Positions 42,512 to 52,672 of a stretch of DNA of 64,000 nt are shown here, piece by piece. The position numbers were made by a program, and so were the translations under genes. This DNA comes from an uncultured Gammaproteobacteria bacterium (GTDB lineage: Bacteria; Patescibacteriota; Patescibacteriia; 2-12-FULL-60-25): the NCBI GenBank assembly GCA_964521235.1, contig CAZFRH010000002.1, positions 10,025-74,024 on the forward strand, given 5' to 3'. The notes beneath the pieces are model-generated. The model saw only the letters and a list, made by a program, of their open reading frames with translations. It was not told the origin of the DNA and did not search any database. How positions within the stretch are numbered: position 1 is the stretch's first letter; every line of letters starts with the position of its first letter.

Positions 42512-45500
42512 TCAGTACGCCCCTGGCCGTATCCCGCTCCTGACCTGGTTATCCCGGTTGTAGGTGACGGACGTGTCTGTGTAGCCGGCTGGGACGGCTG
42601 GGCGGGTTGGGGCGTCTGACCAGCTGAAGGACGGGATCGCCATCCCTGTTGGGAGGGCCGTGCCTGTCGGGCGGAAGTCGCCGCCTGCCGGGTTCGTGAG
42701 TTGTGGCTGGAACGAGTTGATGCGGTTGTCGCGGCGGAGCTGGGTTTCGTTGCACGTCGTGTTGCTGGGCTGGCAGCCTTCGCCGTCTTCGATGCCGAGG
42801 GAGAGCGACGTCGGCCCGTTCCAGATCACGTTCCCGGCGATGCGCAAATCGTCATCCGTTCGTGCCGGGCTTGGGATGTTGGTGCCGTTGCTGGGTGTGC
42901 GTGGGCCGTAGATGGCGAAGTGTTGCCACGCGCTTTGGTAGCCGGACGGGTTTAAGAGCAGGTTATTGTAGATGTAGACGTGCTTGTTGGGGATCGGTTC
43001 TTCGTGCCCGGTGCGCGAGGTGCCCCAGCCGCCGGCGGTGATGAAGGCGGCGCACTGCGTCACGTTGCCGTCACAGCCGCGCAAGCCGAAGACGACTTCG
43101 AGGCCGTGGCTGCGGGCGCCCACGCGGTAGAGCGTGTTGTGGGCGAGCAGGATGTTGTAGCCGCCGTTCACGCCCATCCCCGCGCCGTTGGTGTCATGGA
43201 TGACGTTGTTCATGAAGCGGATGCCGTAGGCCTCGTAATGGAGCCAGGGGCTGGTCATGAACTCAAACCCTGTGCCTTGGCCGGCGACATAGCCGCCCGT
43301 GCCGCAGTCGTAGATTTCGTTGCCTTCGATGCGGAAGTACGCTGATCCTCCCTTGGTGTAGAAGCACCAGTCACCGGCGTTGTGGATCTTGTTGTTGATG
43401 ACGTGGCCGTATTGCACGCCGACAAAGTCAATCGCGTTGTCCCAGGCCCCGGAGATATCGCTACCCTCGATGTAGATCTGTTGCGACTGGTTGATCTTCA
43501 GCGTCTCTTGCGGACGGCTGGAGCCGGTGCCTGTCCCTGTGATCGTCACGTTGCGCAGCAAGACGTGGTCGCCGCGTTCGATGTGGAGGACGTCACCACC
43601 GGGGGCGCTCAGGCGCAACCCGATCAAATACGTGTAGCGGACGTTGTAGAAGTTGAGCGGTGGCAGGTTCACGCTTCCGGTTGTTTCTGCCTGGATGATG
43701 ATCGGGAACTGTTGGGTGCCCAAGCGGTCAGCCATCCAACCGTTGGACGGGACTTGGGAAGCGGAAAGCGTGCCCGGACGGATGCGGATGCGGTAGCCGG
43801 TCGTCAGCGTGCGGTTTTCTGGGATGCGTGACCAAGCGGCGGCTAACGTCCGGAGCGGTGCGGCGGACGTGCCGGCGGCCCCGTCGTTCCCGCTCGCCGG
43901 GTCAACCCAAATGTCCGTCAGCGTCGGTGACCCGATGTTGTACGGCTCGCGTGAGGCTGTTGGGGTCGGCGTTGGTGTTGGAGTAGGTGTCGGTGTCGGA
44001 GTGGGGGTCGGAGTAGGTGTCGGAGTGGGAGTGGGAGTTGGGGTTGGAGTTGGGGTTGGGGTTGGGGTTGGGGTTGGGGTTGGCGTCGGAGCAGGAGCGG
44101 GTGTGCCGGTGAGCTGCTTGTCTACGTTGATCGACGTTGCCCGGTCGCGGGCGGCGGTTGGGGAGTAGTCGGCGGTTGAGCTGATCGGACGCCCTTCGCC
44201 GTAGTTGATGAAGAACACGTCAGGGATGTCATCAACCATCGTGTTCCAATTTGTCCCGTAGAGGGAGCGTGCCAACGCCTCGGTCTGCACCCAGCGCAAG
44301 ACGCCGCCTGTATCTACAGCGTACACCTTCGGATCTGTCGTGATTTTCACTAAACGAACGCCAGGGCGGTGGGTCGTGTTGCCGCCGATCGGGATGTTGC
44401 CCAAGTCTGTGTCAGAGATGGTCCGCACGGAGTCAAAGTTGGCGTACCAGGTGAAGTACGTTTTTTCCGTGGGGAAGGTGTAGCGTTTGCCGTTGGCGCC
44501 GTAATAGTAAACGGAGGGGCCGGAGGCTCGGATCAAATCACCCGAACGTATGTTAGAGAGCGGGACGGTCGGTGTCGTGGGCACCGGGGTCGGAGTTGGG
44601 GTCGGGGTGGGCGTCGGAGTCGGAGTGGGTGCCGGAGTAGGCGTCGGAGTAAGTGTTGGAGTTGGAGCGGGTGCTGGGGTCGGTTCTGGTGCCGGGGTCG
44701 GAGTTGGTTCTGGTGTGGGAGTTGGCGTTGGAGTTGGAGCGGGTGCCGGCGTTGGGGTCGGGGTCGGTTCTGGTGCCGGGGCAGGTGTACTTCCTGCATC
44801 AGGCGTGCCGTTATCGATCACGACGCGCTTCACTTTTTCCAACACTTGGATGGCGGTCAGGTTGCGCTGGTTGTAGCCGTAGCGGAGGCCGCTGGTCGTC
44901 AAAATCGCGCCGTCCGACTGGTTTAGGATGTTTGGGTGGACCCCATCGGACGAGATGCCTTGGTTGACCATGGTGGAAGCCTGGAGCGCGAGCCAGTAGT
45001 TCCAGAGCGGGACCTGCTTTGTTTCTGCCACATCAATGATCGTTTGGTTGTAGGCGGCCACGCGGCTGCCGAGCGTTGTCGTATCACGGCGCGGCGGGAT
45101 GGTGCTCAAGACAGGGATCACGCCGAGCGTGACGGCATCGTCTACGAGCGCGGAAAGCTGGGTACGGAATGCGGTGACGTCGTTGTAGCGTTCCAGGTCA
45201 TTCGTCCCATACATGATGAGCGCGATGGCCGGTTTGCTTTGGCGGAGTTCGCAGCGGAACGGCGTGTTGTTTGGTGCAGCGCAGACGGACGTGCTCCCTT
45301 CGAGCATCCCCGTGTCGCGGGCGTCGTTGACCGTCCAACCGGAAATGGCGGAACGGCCTTGGCGCGTAAACGAGTTGGCGATGCCGCACCAGACGCCTGT
45401 GTCAGAGGATGGAAAGGTGGTGCTGCGGAAATAGTTGATCGTGGCCAACAGCGAGCTGTAGCTCCCCAGTTCTTCTGATCCGCAGCCTATGTCCGCCAAA

Positions 45501-45751
45501 AAGGAACCGGATTCGGTGATGCTGTCGCCGATTTTCGCAAAGACCGTCGAGCGGTTGCCCAAGGCTTGTCCGGTCGCGAGGACCGTGCGCAAACGCGTTT
45601 TCATGTCCGCGTTGATAGTCGGTATGATGGGTGCGTCCTGCGCGGTGGCGGCGCGAACCGGCAGCGGGATGAGCAGCAGGTTTTGGAGCGTCAGGGCAAA
45701 AACAACCGCGGTCGAGGCGGTTGTGCGGAACAGGCGGTGGAGGTTGATCAT
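42512..45751 (-). CDS. 1079-aa secreted multidomain protein: SGNH/GDSL hydrolase, PT linker, shared unknown domain, PT linker, right-handed beta-helix (pectate-lyase-like)
   Basis: Signal peptide. The SGNH blocks are [10 protein letters not shown] and YGTNDL. The C-terminal half has NNx[17 protein letters not shown]-type beta-helix repeats. Confidence 0.85.
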   Translation of the reverse strand: MINLHRLFRTTASTAVVFALTLQNLLLIPLPVRAATAQDAPIIPTINADMKTRLRTVLATGQALGNRSTVFAKIGDSITESGSFLADIGCGSEELGSYSSLLATINYFRSTTFPSSDTGVWCGIANSFTRQGRSAISGWTVNDARDTGMLEGSTSVCAAPNNTPFRCELRQSKPAIALIMYGTNDLERYNDVTAFRTQLSALVDDAVTLGVIPVLSTIPPRRDTTTLGSRVAAYNQTIIDVAETKQVPLWNYWLALQASTMVNQGISSDGVHPNILNQSDGAILTTSGLRYGYNQRNLTAIQVLEKVKRVVIDNGTPDAGSTPAPAPEPTPTPTPAPAPTPTPTPTPEPTPTPAPEPTPAPAPTPTLTPTPTPAPTPTPTPTPTPTPTPVPTTPTVPLSNIRSGDLIRASGPSVYYYGANGKRYTFPTEKTYFTWYANFDSVRTISDTDLGNIPIGGNTTHRPGVRLVKITTDPKVYAVDTGGVLRWVQTEALARSLYGTNWNTMVDDIPDVFFINYGEGRPISSTADYSPTAARDRATSINVDKQLTGTPAPAPTPTPTPTPTPTPTPTPTPTPTPTPTPTPTPTPTPTPTPTPTPTASREPYNIGSPTLTDIWVDPASGNDGAAGTSAAPLRTLAAAWSRIPENRTLTTGYRIRIRPGTLSASQVPSNGWMADRLGTQQFPIIIQAETTGSVNLPPLNFYNVRYTYLIGLRLSAPGGDVLHIERGDHVLLRNVTITGTGTGSSRPQETLKINQSQQIYIEGSDISGAWDNAIDFVGVQYGHVINNKIHNAGDWCFYTKGGSAYFRIEGNEIYDCGTGGYVAGQGTGFEFMTSPWLHYEAYGIRFMNNVIHDTNGAGMGVNGGYNILLAHNTLYRVGARSHGLEVVFGLRGCDGNVTQCAAFITAGGWGTSRTGHEEPIPNKHVYIYNNLLLNPSGYQSAWQHFAIYGPRTPSNGTNIPSPARTDDDLRIAGNVIWNGPTSLSLGIEDGEGCQPSNTTCNETQLRRDNRINSFQPQLTNPAGGDFRPTGTALPTGMAIPSFSWSDAPTRPAVPAGYTDTSVTYNRDNQVRSGIRPGAY
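43961..44104 (-). repeat. Coding (Pro-Thr)n tract, about 24 PT units
   Basis: (GGNGTN)n on the plus strand encodes [11 protein letters not shown]...PTPTPTA. Confidence 0.9.
44561..44791 (-). repeat. Coding Pro/Thr/Ala/Glu-rich tract, about 77 aa
   Basis: Encodes [30 protein letters not shown]...[11 protein letters not shown]. Confidence 0.9.
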
Positions 45752-45782
45752 AGGAGGGGTGAGGAGTGATGTGGTCTGGATG

Positions 45783-46385
45783 TTACGTGTTATGTGTTAC
45801 GTGATGGGGATTTGGGCGGTTCGGGACGGACAGTTCTTCCATAGCTTCGTCCAAGTGTTGCCTACGGTCGCATTCGGAGAGTTCCAGGATTTTTTTGGCG
45901 ACGTTGTTGGGGTGGGGTACCTGTTCAAATTGGAAGCGCACGTTTTCTCCGGCCGTCTGGATTTCGACGTGGCCAAAGTCGAGGATAGTGTGCAGGATGC
46001 CGTGGACGGACGCGGTCACGTCTTGGATGCGGTAGAGGCGGAGTTCTGAAACGCGCCGGCCAAACAGGCCGGTCTGCTCAATGTTCAGGATACGGCGGTC
46101 TGTCACGATCCACATGTCCAAAAAGTAGTCCACGAAGTTTTGGAACAAGAAGAGCCACGAGAACAGCATGAACACCGAGCCGCCCATGACCAAGGTGGCG
46201 CGGAGCGCCTGTGACTCCAACAGGTCGGGCTGGTAGGTGCTGATGATGCTGAAGATGACGATTGGCAGTGCCATCAAAAGCAGGATGCCGACGGTAATGC
46301 CCAAGAGCACGATGGGATGCCTACGCAAAAAATACACGACCCGTTCATTCGGGATGGCGTTGGGGAGGTGGTGGCGGTCAATCAT
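45783..46385 (-). CDS. Bacterial PH-domain (YdbT/bPH_2-like) membrane protein
   Basis: Two TM segments, then [48 protein letters not shown] overlap with the upstream gene. Confidence 0.7.
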   Translation of the reverse strand: MIDRHHLPNAIPNERVVYFLRRHPIVLLGITVGILLLMALPIVIFSIISTYQPDLLESQALRATLVMGGSVFMLFSWLFLFQNFVDYFLDMWIVTDRRILNIEQTGLFGRRVSELRLYRIQDVTASVHGILHTILDFGHVEIQTAGENVRFQFEQVPHPNNVAKKILELSECDRRQHLDEAMEELSVPNRPNPHHVTHNT

Positions 46386-46630
46386 GGGAAGAGGGAGGGG
46401 GAGGCGGATTGCCAGATGGCGAGGCCGTCGTTCCAATCAACGCCCGCGAGATACATGCCGGAGCCGACAATGATCACCACGGACACGGCTAAAAAAATCG
46501 TGGCGCTAAGCGTCGTCCCAAGCCCGCTTAACCCATACCGTAAACACACGACCACGGTTACAGCTGCCATGGCCGCAAAAATAGCGACCAGGATGAGCCA
46601 AGCCAGCAAAATCCAGAAAAGGGGGAGCAT
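46382..46630 (-). CDS. Small membrane protein, 82 aa
   Basis: Two long hydrophobic segments. Translationally coupled to the PH-domain gene. Confidence 0.55.
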   Translation of the reverse strand: MLPLFWILLAWLILVAIFAAMAAVTVVVCLRYGLSGLGTTLSATIFLAVSVVIIVGSGMYLAGVDWNDGLAIWQSASPSLFP

Positions 46631-46654
46631 TGCGCCCAGTTTACCGCGGAAGGG

Positions 46655-47680
46655 CTACAAGCTCAAACCGGATTGTCTTTCGGGCGGTGGAAAGCCGAAA
46701 TGGGCGTAGGCTTCGTCGGTGGCCATGCGGCCGCGGGGCGTGCGGGACAAAAAGCCTTCTTGCAGAAGAAACGGCTCGATCACGTCTTCCAGTGTCTCGA
46801 TTTCTTCCGCAGTCGCCGCTGCGAGGGTGGTGAGCCCGACCGGGCCGCCTTGGAATTTTTCGATCAACGTCTTCAAAATGCGGCGGTCAGCTTCGTCTAA
46901 GCCGCGGCGGTCAATGTCGAGCGATTCCAGGGCTTGTTCGATCACGTCTGCGTTCATCTGTCCCTCGGCTTTAACCTGGGCGTAGTCGCGGACGCGTTTG
47001 AGCAAGCGGTTGCCGATGCGTGGCGTGCGGCGTGAGCGGTGGGCGATCATCTCGACCGTCGGCCCGTCGATCGTGAGGTTCAAGAGGGACGAGCTGCGCT
47101 TCAAGATTTCCGTCATCTCGTCTGGGCCGTAAAAATCCAAATGGAAGATGGCGCCAAAGCGGTCACGCAGCGGCGCGGACAGCATGGAGAGGCGTGTGGT
47201 TGCGCCGATGAGCGTAAAGCGCTTCAAATCCAAGCGGAGCGTGCGTGCAGACGGACCTTTGCCGATCACGATGTCGAGGGCGTAGTCCTCCATGGCTGGA
47301 TACAGGACCTCTTCGATCGAGCGGTTCATGCGGTGGATCTCATCAATAAAGAGGATGTCGCCTTCTTCCAAGTTTGTGAGGATCGCGGCTAAATCACCGA
47401 CGCGTTCAAGCGCTGGCCCACTCGTCACACGCACCGTCGTCCCCATCTCATGTCCGATGACATGGGCGAGCGTCGTCTTCCCCAACCCTGGCGGGCCGTA
47501 GAGCAGGACGTGTTCGCACGGCTCTTTGCGTCCCTGCGCGGCCTGCAAGAAGATGCTCAAATTTTCTTTCACCTTGGGTTGGCCGATGAACTCGTCCAGT
47601 TTTTTGGGACGCAAGGCCAGGTCGAACGTCTGCTCGGCTTCTTGGACTTCTGGCGAGATGACCCGCTCCTCGTCGCTCAT
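46655..47680 (-). CDS. ruvB: Holliday junction branch migration helicase RuvB
   Basis: [30 protein letters not shown] and the C-terminal winged helix. Confidence 0.97.
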   Translation of the reverse strand: MSDEERVISPEVQEAEQTFDLALRPKKLDEFIGQPKVKENLSIFLQAAQGRKEPCEHVLLYGPPGLGKTTLAHVIGHEMGTTVRVTSGPALERVGDLAAILTNLEEGDILFIDEIHRMNRSIEEVLYPAMEDYALDIVIGKGPSARTLRLDLKRFTLIGATTRLSMLSAPLRDRFGAIFHLDFYGPDEMTEILKRSSSLLNLTIDGPTVEMIAHRSRRTPRIGNRLLKRVRDYAQVKAEGQMNADVIEQALESLDIDRRGLDEADRRILKTLIEKFQGGPVGLTTLAAATAEEIETLEDVIEPFLLQEGFLSRTPRGRMATDEAYAHFGFPPPERQSGLSL

Positions 47681-48432
47681 ACGTGGACAAACTGCTGCAC
47701 AAGAAGGATGAGGGCGATGCCGAGCACGGTCAGCAACAGGCTTTGCCGGGACGCGCCACCTTCGTGGGCTTCCGGCAGGAGTTCAGATAGCGGAAGGTGG
47801 ATGAACAGGCCGCCTAACCCCGCCAAGAAGAAGGTAAAAAAGGCGGTGGAAGGTTCGAGGACGAAACTCGCCGCCACGCCGAGGAGCGGCGTGCAGATGA
47901 TGCCGATGAGGGCTAAGACGGATTTTTTTCGTTCCCCGTCTTTCTCGTGCTTGCGCATGAGGGTCACGGTCGTCATGCCGTCGGTCAGCTTGTGGAGGGC
48001 GAGCGCAGCCGTGACCAAGATGCCGAGGCGCAGGTCTGCGGCAAACCCGCCGCCTACGGCGAGCCCGTCCAAAAAGCCGTGGAACCCCATGCCGCCCAGG
48101 CGCGTCCAGAGATGCGCGTGGCCGTGTTTGTGGTGGCCATTGTTGCAGGCGTGGTCATGCCCTTCGTGGCCGTGGAAGTCAAAGACCTTGTCGAGGATGT
48201 GGAAAAAGAGGATGGAACCGAGCACGATCCCGCCGACAACCGTCCCTGACCAGCCGACTTCCGCGCCGTGTTCAAACGCTTCTGGCAGCAAATCAAGAAA
48301 GGCGAGGCCGAGCAAAACGCCGCCTGACAGCGAGAGCCAGGGGCGCAGTGACCGAGAAGAACGCAAGACAACCCAACCGCCGAGCAGCGTCGCACAAATC
48401 GGCACCAGGATGGCGACCCAGGAGGGGAGCAT
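47677..48432 (-). CDS. ZIP family divalent-metal transporter (ZupT-like)
   Basis: A His-rich loop ([21 protein letters not shown]) and [20 protein letters not shown]. The stop overlaps the ruvB start. Confidence 0.8.
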   Translation of the reverse strand: MLPSWVAILVPICATLLGGWVVLRSSRSLRPWLSLSGGVLLGLAFLDLLPEAFEHGAEVGWSGTVVGGIVLGSILFFHILDKVFDFHGHEGHDHACNNGHHKHGHAHLWTRLGGMGFHGFLDGLAVGGGFAADLRLGILVTAALALHKLTDGMTTVTLMRKHEKDGERKKSVLALIGIICTPLLGVAASFVLEPSTAFFTFFLAGLGGLFIHLPLSELLPEAHEGGASRQSLLLTVLGIALILLVQQFVHV

Positions 48433-48494
48433 GGGTGAATAGTGGATGACGTGACGCGAGCCGTCAAACCTGTCATGCTGGCGGCTGAAAAGAT

Positions 48495-49157
48495 ATGTCA
48501 CTCCTTTTTCGCTTCCTGGAATGGTTTCTGCACATTGACCGCCACTTGGGCGCATTGATCCAGCAGTTTGGGGTCTGGAGCTATGTGCTGCTTTTTTTGG
48601 TCATCTTTGCCGAGACGGGGCTCGTCGTCACGCCGTTCTTGCCCGGCGACTCGCTTCTCTTTGCGATCGGCGCTTTTGCCGCGCGTGGTTCGCTTGAGCT
48701 GTGGGCCGTCCTCCTCATCTTAGTCGCGGCCGCGATCATCGGCGACAGCGTGAATTACACCATCGGCCGACGCTTTGGTCAGTGGTTCATCACCAAGACA
48801 AATGGGCGTTTCATCAAAAAAGAACATTTAGAAAAGACAGAAAAGTTTTACGCCAAGTACGGCGCGAAGACGATCGTGCTCGCACGCTTTGTCCCAATCG
48901 TGCGCACCCTCGCCCCGTTTGTCGCAGGCGTCGGCAAGATGGAGTACAAGAAGTTTTTGTTCTTCAACGTATTTGGCGGCATCTTGTGGGTGGTCCTATT
49001 CGTGATCGCGGGCTACCTCTTCGGCAACATCCCGGTCGTGCAGCACAACTTTACGCTCGTCATCTTTGCGATCATCGGCGTGTCGTTGGTCCCGGGGATC
49101 ATTGAATATGCAAGAGCGAAGTGGGGGAAGAAGGATGACAAACCGGTGTCATCCTGA
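48495..49157 (+). CDS. dedA: DedA family membrane protein
   Basis: ETGLVVTPFLPGDSLLFAIGAFA and YGAKTIVLARFVPIVRT. The last three codons and the stop lie in the MITE-like repeat. Confidence 0.9.
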   Translation: MSLLFRFLEWFLHIDRHLGALIQQFGVWSYVLLFLVIFAETGLVVTPFLPGDSLLFAIGAFAARGSLELWAVLLILVAAAIIGDSVNYTIGRRFGQWFITKTNGRFIKKEHLEKTEKFYAKYGAKTIVLARFVPIVRTLAPFVAGVGKMEYKKFLFFNVFGGILWVVLFVIAGYLFGNIPVVQHNFTLVIFAIIGVSLVPGIIEYARAKWGKKDDKPVSS

Positions 49158-49230
49158 GTCAGACGAAGGATCTCAATCCGCTCCGTACGGAGTGAGATTC
49201 TTCACTACGTCGAACTCCGTTCAGAATGAC
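49148..49230. repeat. MITE-like palindromic repeat, variant B, flanked by the direct repeat AACCGGT
   Basis: GTCATCCTGAGTCAGACGAAGGATCTCAATCCGCTCCGTACGGAGTGAGATTCTTCAC..TTCAGAATGAC. AACCGGT occurs at 49141-49147 and at 49231-49237. Confidence 0.8.
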
Positions 49231-49282
49231 AACCGGTAAGACACTTGCGAAAACCCCTATTTGAAGCCATGATATCGCCCGT

Positions 49283-49369
49283 GCCCGGGTGGCGGAACTG
49301 GTATACGCGGAGGACTTAAAATCCTTAACCCGTAAGGGTGTGTGGGTTCGATTCCCACCCCGGGCACCA
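49283..49369 (+). tRNA. tRNA-Leu (anticodon TAA), long variable arm, CCA encoded
   Basis: Acceptor GCCCGGG/CCCGGGC, anticodon loop CTTAAAA, variable arm AACCCGTAAGGGTG, T-arm GTGGG-TTCGATT-CCCAC. Confidence 0.9.
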
Positions 49370-49421
49370 AACAAAAATAAAATGGAGTCACGATTTAGGA
49401 TTAGAAATAGCAATTAAAGTT

Positions 49422-51218
49422 ATGCAAAAATATACAGTAAACCAATATTTTGTAAGTAATATACTGAATTGGGTTCAGGAAAAGGAGATTGCGATACCAG
49501 AAATTCAGCGTCCCTTTGTTTGGGACTCCACGAAAGTCAGAGATTTGATGGATTCATTGTATAGGGGTTTCCCGATCGGCTATATCATCGCTTGGAAAAA
49601 TCCCGACGTCCGTCTTAAAGATGGCACGGTTTCTAATGGAAAGAAAGTATTAATCGACGGACAGCAACGCATTACGGCGCTGCGTGCCGCTATCCTCGGT
49701 CAGAATATTACTAATAAGGATTATAAGGAAGAGAGGATTTTTATCGCCTTTCATCCGTTATTGGAAGAATTTGCTACGCTCACTCCCGCCATTTCAAGAG
49801 ATAAGGCGTGGATACCGGATATTTCAAAACTTATGGCGAAAGAGGGAGGGTTGTTTGAGGACGTAACGGATTATTGCGATAAAAATTCCGAAGTTGACCG
49901 AAAACTTATTGAAAGAAACATTGAAAGATTGCTTCAAATCAAAAGTAAGCAGATAGGTTTCATTGAGCTTGACGCGAATTTGGACATAGAGACGGTTACG
50001 GAAATTTTTATCCGTATTAACTCCAAAGGCGTTGTTTTGAGTCAGGCTGATTTTGCTATGTCCAAAATTGCGTCTTACGACAAGGAGGATAATTTCGGTG
50101 TCAATCTGCGAAAGTGTATTGACTACTTCTGCCATCTCTCGCGTGAGCCGCAATTTTATAAGCATATCAGCGAAAATGATACCGAATTCAAAAATACGAT
50201 GTATCTTTCAAAAATTGCGTGGCTGAAAGATGAGAATGACGATTTGTACGACCCGGATTATTCCGATGTTTTGCGCGTAAGCTTCACGAAACAATTTGAG
50301 CGCGGGAAAATGGCTGATTTGGTTGGCTTGCTTTCCGGTCGCAATTTCGAGACGCGTAGTTTTGAGCAAAATATTATGGACGAGTCATTCCAAAAATTAC
50401 GCGACTCGGTTTTGGACTTTGTCAGCGAGACGAATTTCAAGCGTTTCGTAATGATTATAAAATCGTGTGGCTTTACCTCAAACGATTTAATTAATTCCCA
50501 AAACGCTCTTAACTTTGCGTATATCCTGTTCTTGAAATTGCGTGAAAAAGGAGAAAATCCTAGCGTTATAGAAAAATGTGTTCAGCGCTGGTTTGTCATG
50601 TCCCTTTTGACCGGACGCTATTCGGGTTCACCGGAAAGTCAATTTGACTTTGACATCAAACAAGTTTCCAAAGACGGTGCAGAGAGGATCTTACAATCCA
50701 TTGAGGACGCACAGCTCTCGGACGCATATTGGAACGCTCAGCTGATTCAAGAACTGGATAAGGCTAGCGTCAATAATCCATTCCTTAATCTACTTTTTGC
50801 TGCTCAAATCAAGGCTAATGACAAGGGTTTTCTTTCAACTGATATTTCCGTAGGCAACATGATTAACCACCGAGGCGATATTCATCACTTGTTCCCGAGA
50901 GAGTATCTGAAAGCAAACGGCTTTGAGCGCGGCGATTACAATCAAATTGCAAATTTTGTTTATGCGCAATCTGAAATAAACATTAAAGTCGGCAAGAAAG
51001 CACCAAAAGATTACATGTCGGAAGTTATCAAGCAAACACGGGGCGGGGAACTCAAATATGGCGGTATTACCGACGGGGGCACCCTCGCTGAAAACTTGAA
51101 GCAAAATTGTATTCCGGCTGGATTTGAGGAAATGGAAGCGGGCGATTATGAAGATTTTCTTAAAGCGCGTCGCAAGCTAATGGCGAAGAAAATAAAGGAT
51201 TTTTATTTCAGTTTGTAA
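49422..51218 (+). CDS. GmrSD-type (DUF262 plus DUF1524/HNH-like) putative modification-dependent restriction endonuclease
   Basis: N-terminal IPEIQRPFVW and LIDGQQRITAL. C-terminal GDIHHLFPREYL...NFVYAQSEINIKVGKK. Strongly AT-rich relative to the flanks. Confidence 0.8.
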   Translation: MQKYTVNQYFVSNILNWVQEKEIAIPEIQRPFVWDSTKVRDLMDSLYRGFPIGYIIAWKNPDVRLKDGTVSNGKKVLIDGQQRITALRAAILGQNITNKDYKEERIFIAFHPLLEEFATLTPAISRDKAWIPDISKLMAKEGGLFEDVTDYCDKNSEVDRKLIERNIERLLQIKSKQIGFIELDANLDIETVTEIFIRINSKGVVLSQADFAMSKIASYDKEDNFGVNLRKCIDYFCHLSREPQFYKHISENDTEFKNTMYLSKIAWLKDENDDLYDPDYSDVLRVSFTKQFERGKMADLVGLLSGRNFETRSFEQNIMDESFQKLRDSVLDFVSETNFKRFVMIIKSCGFTSNDLINSQNALNFAYILFLKLREKGENPSVIEKCVQRWFVMSLLTGRYSGSPESQFDFDIKQVSKDGAERILQSIEDAQLSDAYWNAQLIQELDKASVNNPFLNLLFAAQIKANDKGFLSTDISVGNMINHRGDIHHLFPREYLKANGFERGDYNQIANFVYAQSEINIKVGKKAPKDYMSEVIKQTRGGELKYGGITDGGTLAENLKQNCIPAGFEEMEAGDYEDFLKARRKLMAKKIKDFYFSL

Positions 51219-51229
51219 AGACGAGGATC

Positions 51230-51493
51230 TTACCGATAAATATCTTTGCGGTGCGCGACGTGTAAAAGTTGGATGCAGTCAGCATCTAAAAATTGAAAGA
51301 GGAACCTCCAGTCCCTCGTGATGCGGCAGGAATGGATCCCCGCGAGGGGGCCGGTCAGGCGTTTGGTATGTAACTTAGGATCAAAGGGGTTTTTGCTTAG
51401 GCGTTCGACCTGGTGGGCGAGAGCCGTTTGGAGCGCTTTAGTCAACCGTTTTGCTTCACGGAGAAACGATCCGTGATACACGACGCGGATCAT
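51230..51493 (-). CDS. Type II toxin, RelE/ParE superfamily
   Basis: 87 aa: LTGPLAGIHSCRITRDWRFLFQFLDADCIQLLHVAHRKDIY. ATGA overlap with the upstream small gene. Confidence 0.7.
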   Translation of the reverse strand: MIRVVYHGSFLREAKRLTKALQTALAHQVERLSKNPFDPKLHTKRLTGPLAGIHSCRITRDWRFLFQFLDADCIQLLHVAHRKDIYR

Positions 51494-51711
51494 GCGCGTC
51501 GTAGGTCCTCAAGGAAGTTCTTCGCTCCCTTGAACGTTCGTTCCGGTTTTTCCGTCGTCGCTTTGAGGATCCGCGCGACGAATGCTGGGCGGTAGGCTCC
51601 CTCATCGTCTTTGCCGAGCAGGCTGACTAAAGCCGAGCGTAGACGCATAAGCTCGGCTTCCATGGGTGAGGATGCCGCTTGTGTTTTGGAGCGCGTTTTG
51701 GTCGTTTGCAT
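51490..51711 (-). CDS. Putative cognate antitoxin, 73 aa
   Basis: Small ORF translationally coupled upstream of the toxin. No family recognised. Confidence 0.5.
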   Translation of the reverse strand: MQTTKTRSKTQAASSPMEAELMRLRSALVSLLGKDDEGAYRPAFVARILKATTEKPERTFKGAKNFLEDLRRA

Positions 51712-51750
51712 GCCTCTACCTTAAAGGCTCTTTCTTGTCCCGTCCAGTTT

Positions 51751-52668
51751 TTACGCCCTCCCCGCACTCCCAAACAATTTCATCTTGTGTTTCGCGAGCG
51801 CGGTCATGTCTGCGATGGCGGGGGCGAGGAGTTTGCGGGGGTCGATCTGGCTGCGGTCGGTTGCTAGCGCTTCGCGTACGCCAGCCGTAAAGGCCATGCG
51901 GAGGTCGGTGTCGATGTTGATTTTGGCGATGCCGTTCCTGATCGCGGCGCGGATGTTTTCGTCGGAGACGCCGTGTGGGTGGTCGAGTTTGGCGCCGTAG
52001 CGTTTCGCTTTTTTGACCAGGTCTTGCGGGACGCCAGAGGCACCGTGCAAGACGAGCGGGATGGAAACGCGTTTAGCGATCTTGGCGAGGCGTTCGATAT
52101 CCAACCATGAGCGCTGCAAGAATTTGAATGCGCCGTGGGAAGTCCCAATCGCGACGGCGAGCGCATCACATCCAGTAGCTTTGACGAAGTCTTCAGCTTC
52201 TTTGGGGTCGGTCAGGGCCGCGTCCTGTTCATCCACGCTGACCAAATCTTCGATGCCGGCGAGTACGCCGATCTCGGCTTCGACGGAGATGCCGGCGGCG
52301 TGTGCTAAGCGTACGACCTCGCTTGTTTTGGCGATGTTTTGTTTGTCTTTGAGGCTGGAGCCGTCAAACATGACACTGGTGTAGCCCGCGGCAATTGCTT
52401 TGCGTACGGTGGCGAGATGCTTGCCGTGGTCTAGATGGAGGACGACCGGGAGCTTTCCTTCGGTTGCGGTGCGGACCATCGTGACCAGCATGTCCATCCC
52501 GGCGTATTCGATCGCGCCTTCTGACGTCTGCAGGATGACGGGGGAGCGCATCTCTTTGGCCGCCGTCATGACCGCGGTCAAAATCTCTAAGTTGTTGATG
52601 TTAAACGCAGGGACGGCGTAGCTGCCGGCGCGGGCTTTTTTGAGCAAAGGAGCGGAAGGGACGAGCAT
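51751..52668 (-). CDS. fba: Class II fructose-bisphosphate aldolase
   Basis: YAVPAFNINNLE, PVVLHLDHG and LVLHGASG. Confidence 0.9.
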   Translation of the reverse strand: MLVPSAPLLKKARAGSYAVPAFNINNLEILTAVMTAAKEMRSPVILQTSEGAIEYAGMDMLVTMVRTATEGKLPVVLHLDHGKHLATVRKAIAAGYTSVMFDGSSLKDKQNIAKTSEVVRLAHAAGISVEAEIGVLAGIEDLVSVDEQDAALTDPKEAEDFVKATGCDALAVAIGTSHGAFKFLQRSWLDIERLAKIAKRVSIPLVLHGASGVPQDLVKKAKRYGAKLDHPHGVSDENIRAAIRNGIAKINIDTDLRMAFTAGVREALATDRSQIDPRKLLAPAIADMTALAKHKMKLFGSAGRA

Positions 52669-52672
52669 ACGG

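Noticed and set aside
43809-44926. Periodic DNA that could be mistaken for a CRISPR or tandem-repeat array, plus GVGVGV and RSWSW ORFs on the plus strand.
   Set aside because: The period is 6 nt with no spacers, and it lies inside the frame of a 1079-aa gene, where it encodes Pro-Thr linkers.
49159-49413. 84-aa minus ORF, and the analogous ORF 53674..53961.
   Set aside because: These are translations of the MITE-like repeat (..RSEESHSVRSGLRSFV..), and in the first case also of tRNA-Leu. They are repeat-derived artefacts.
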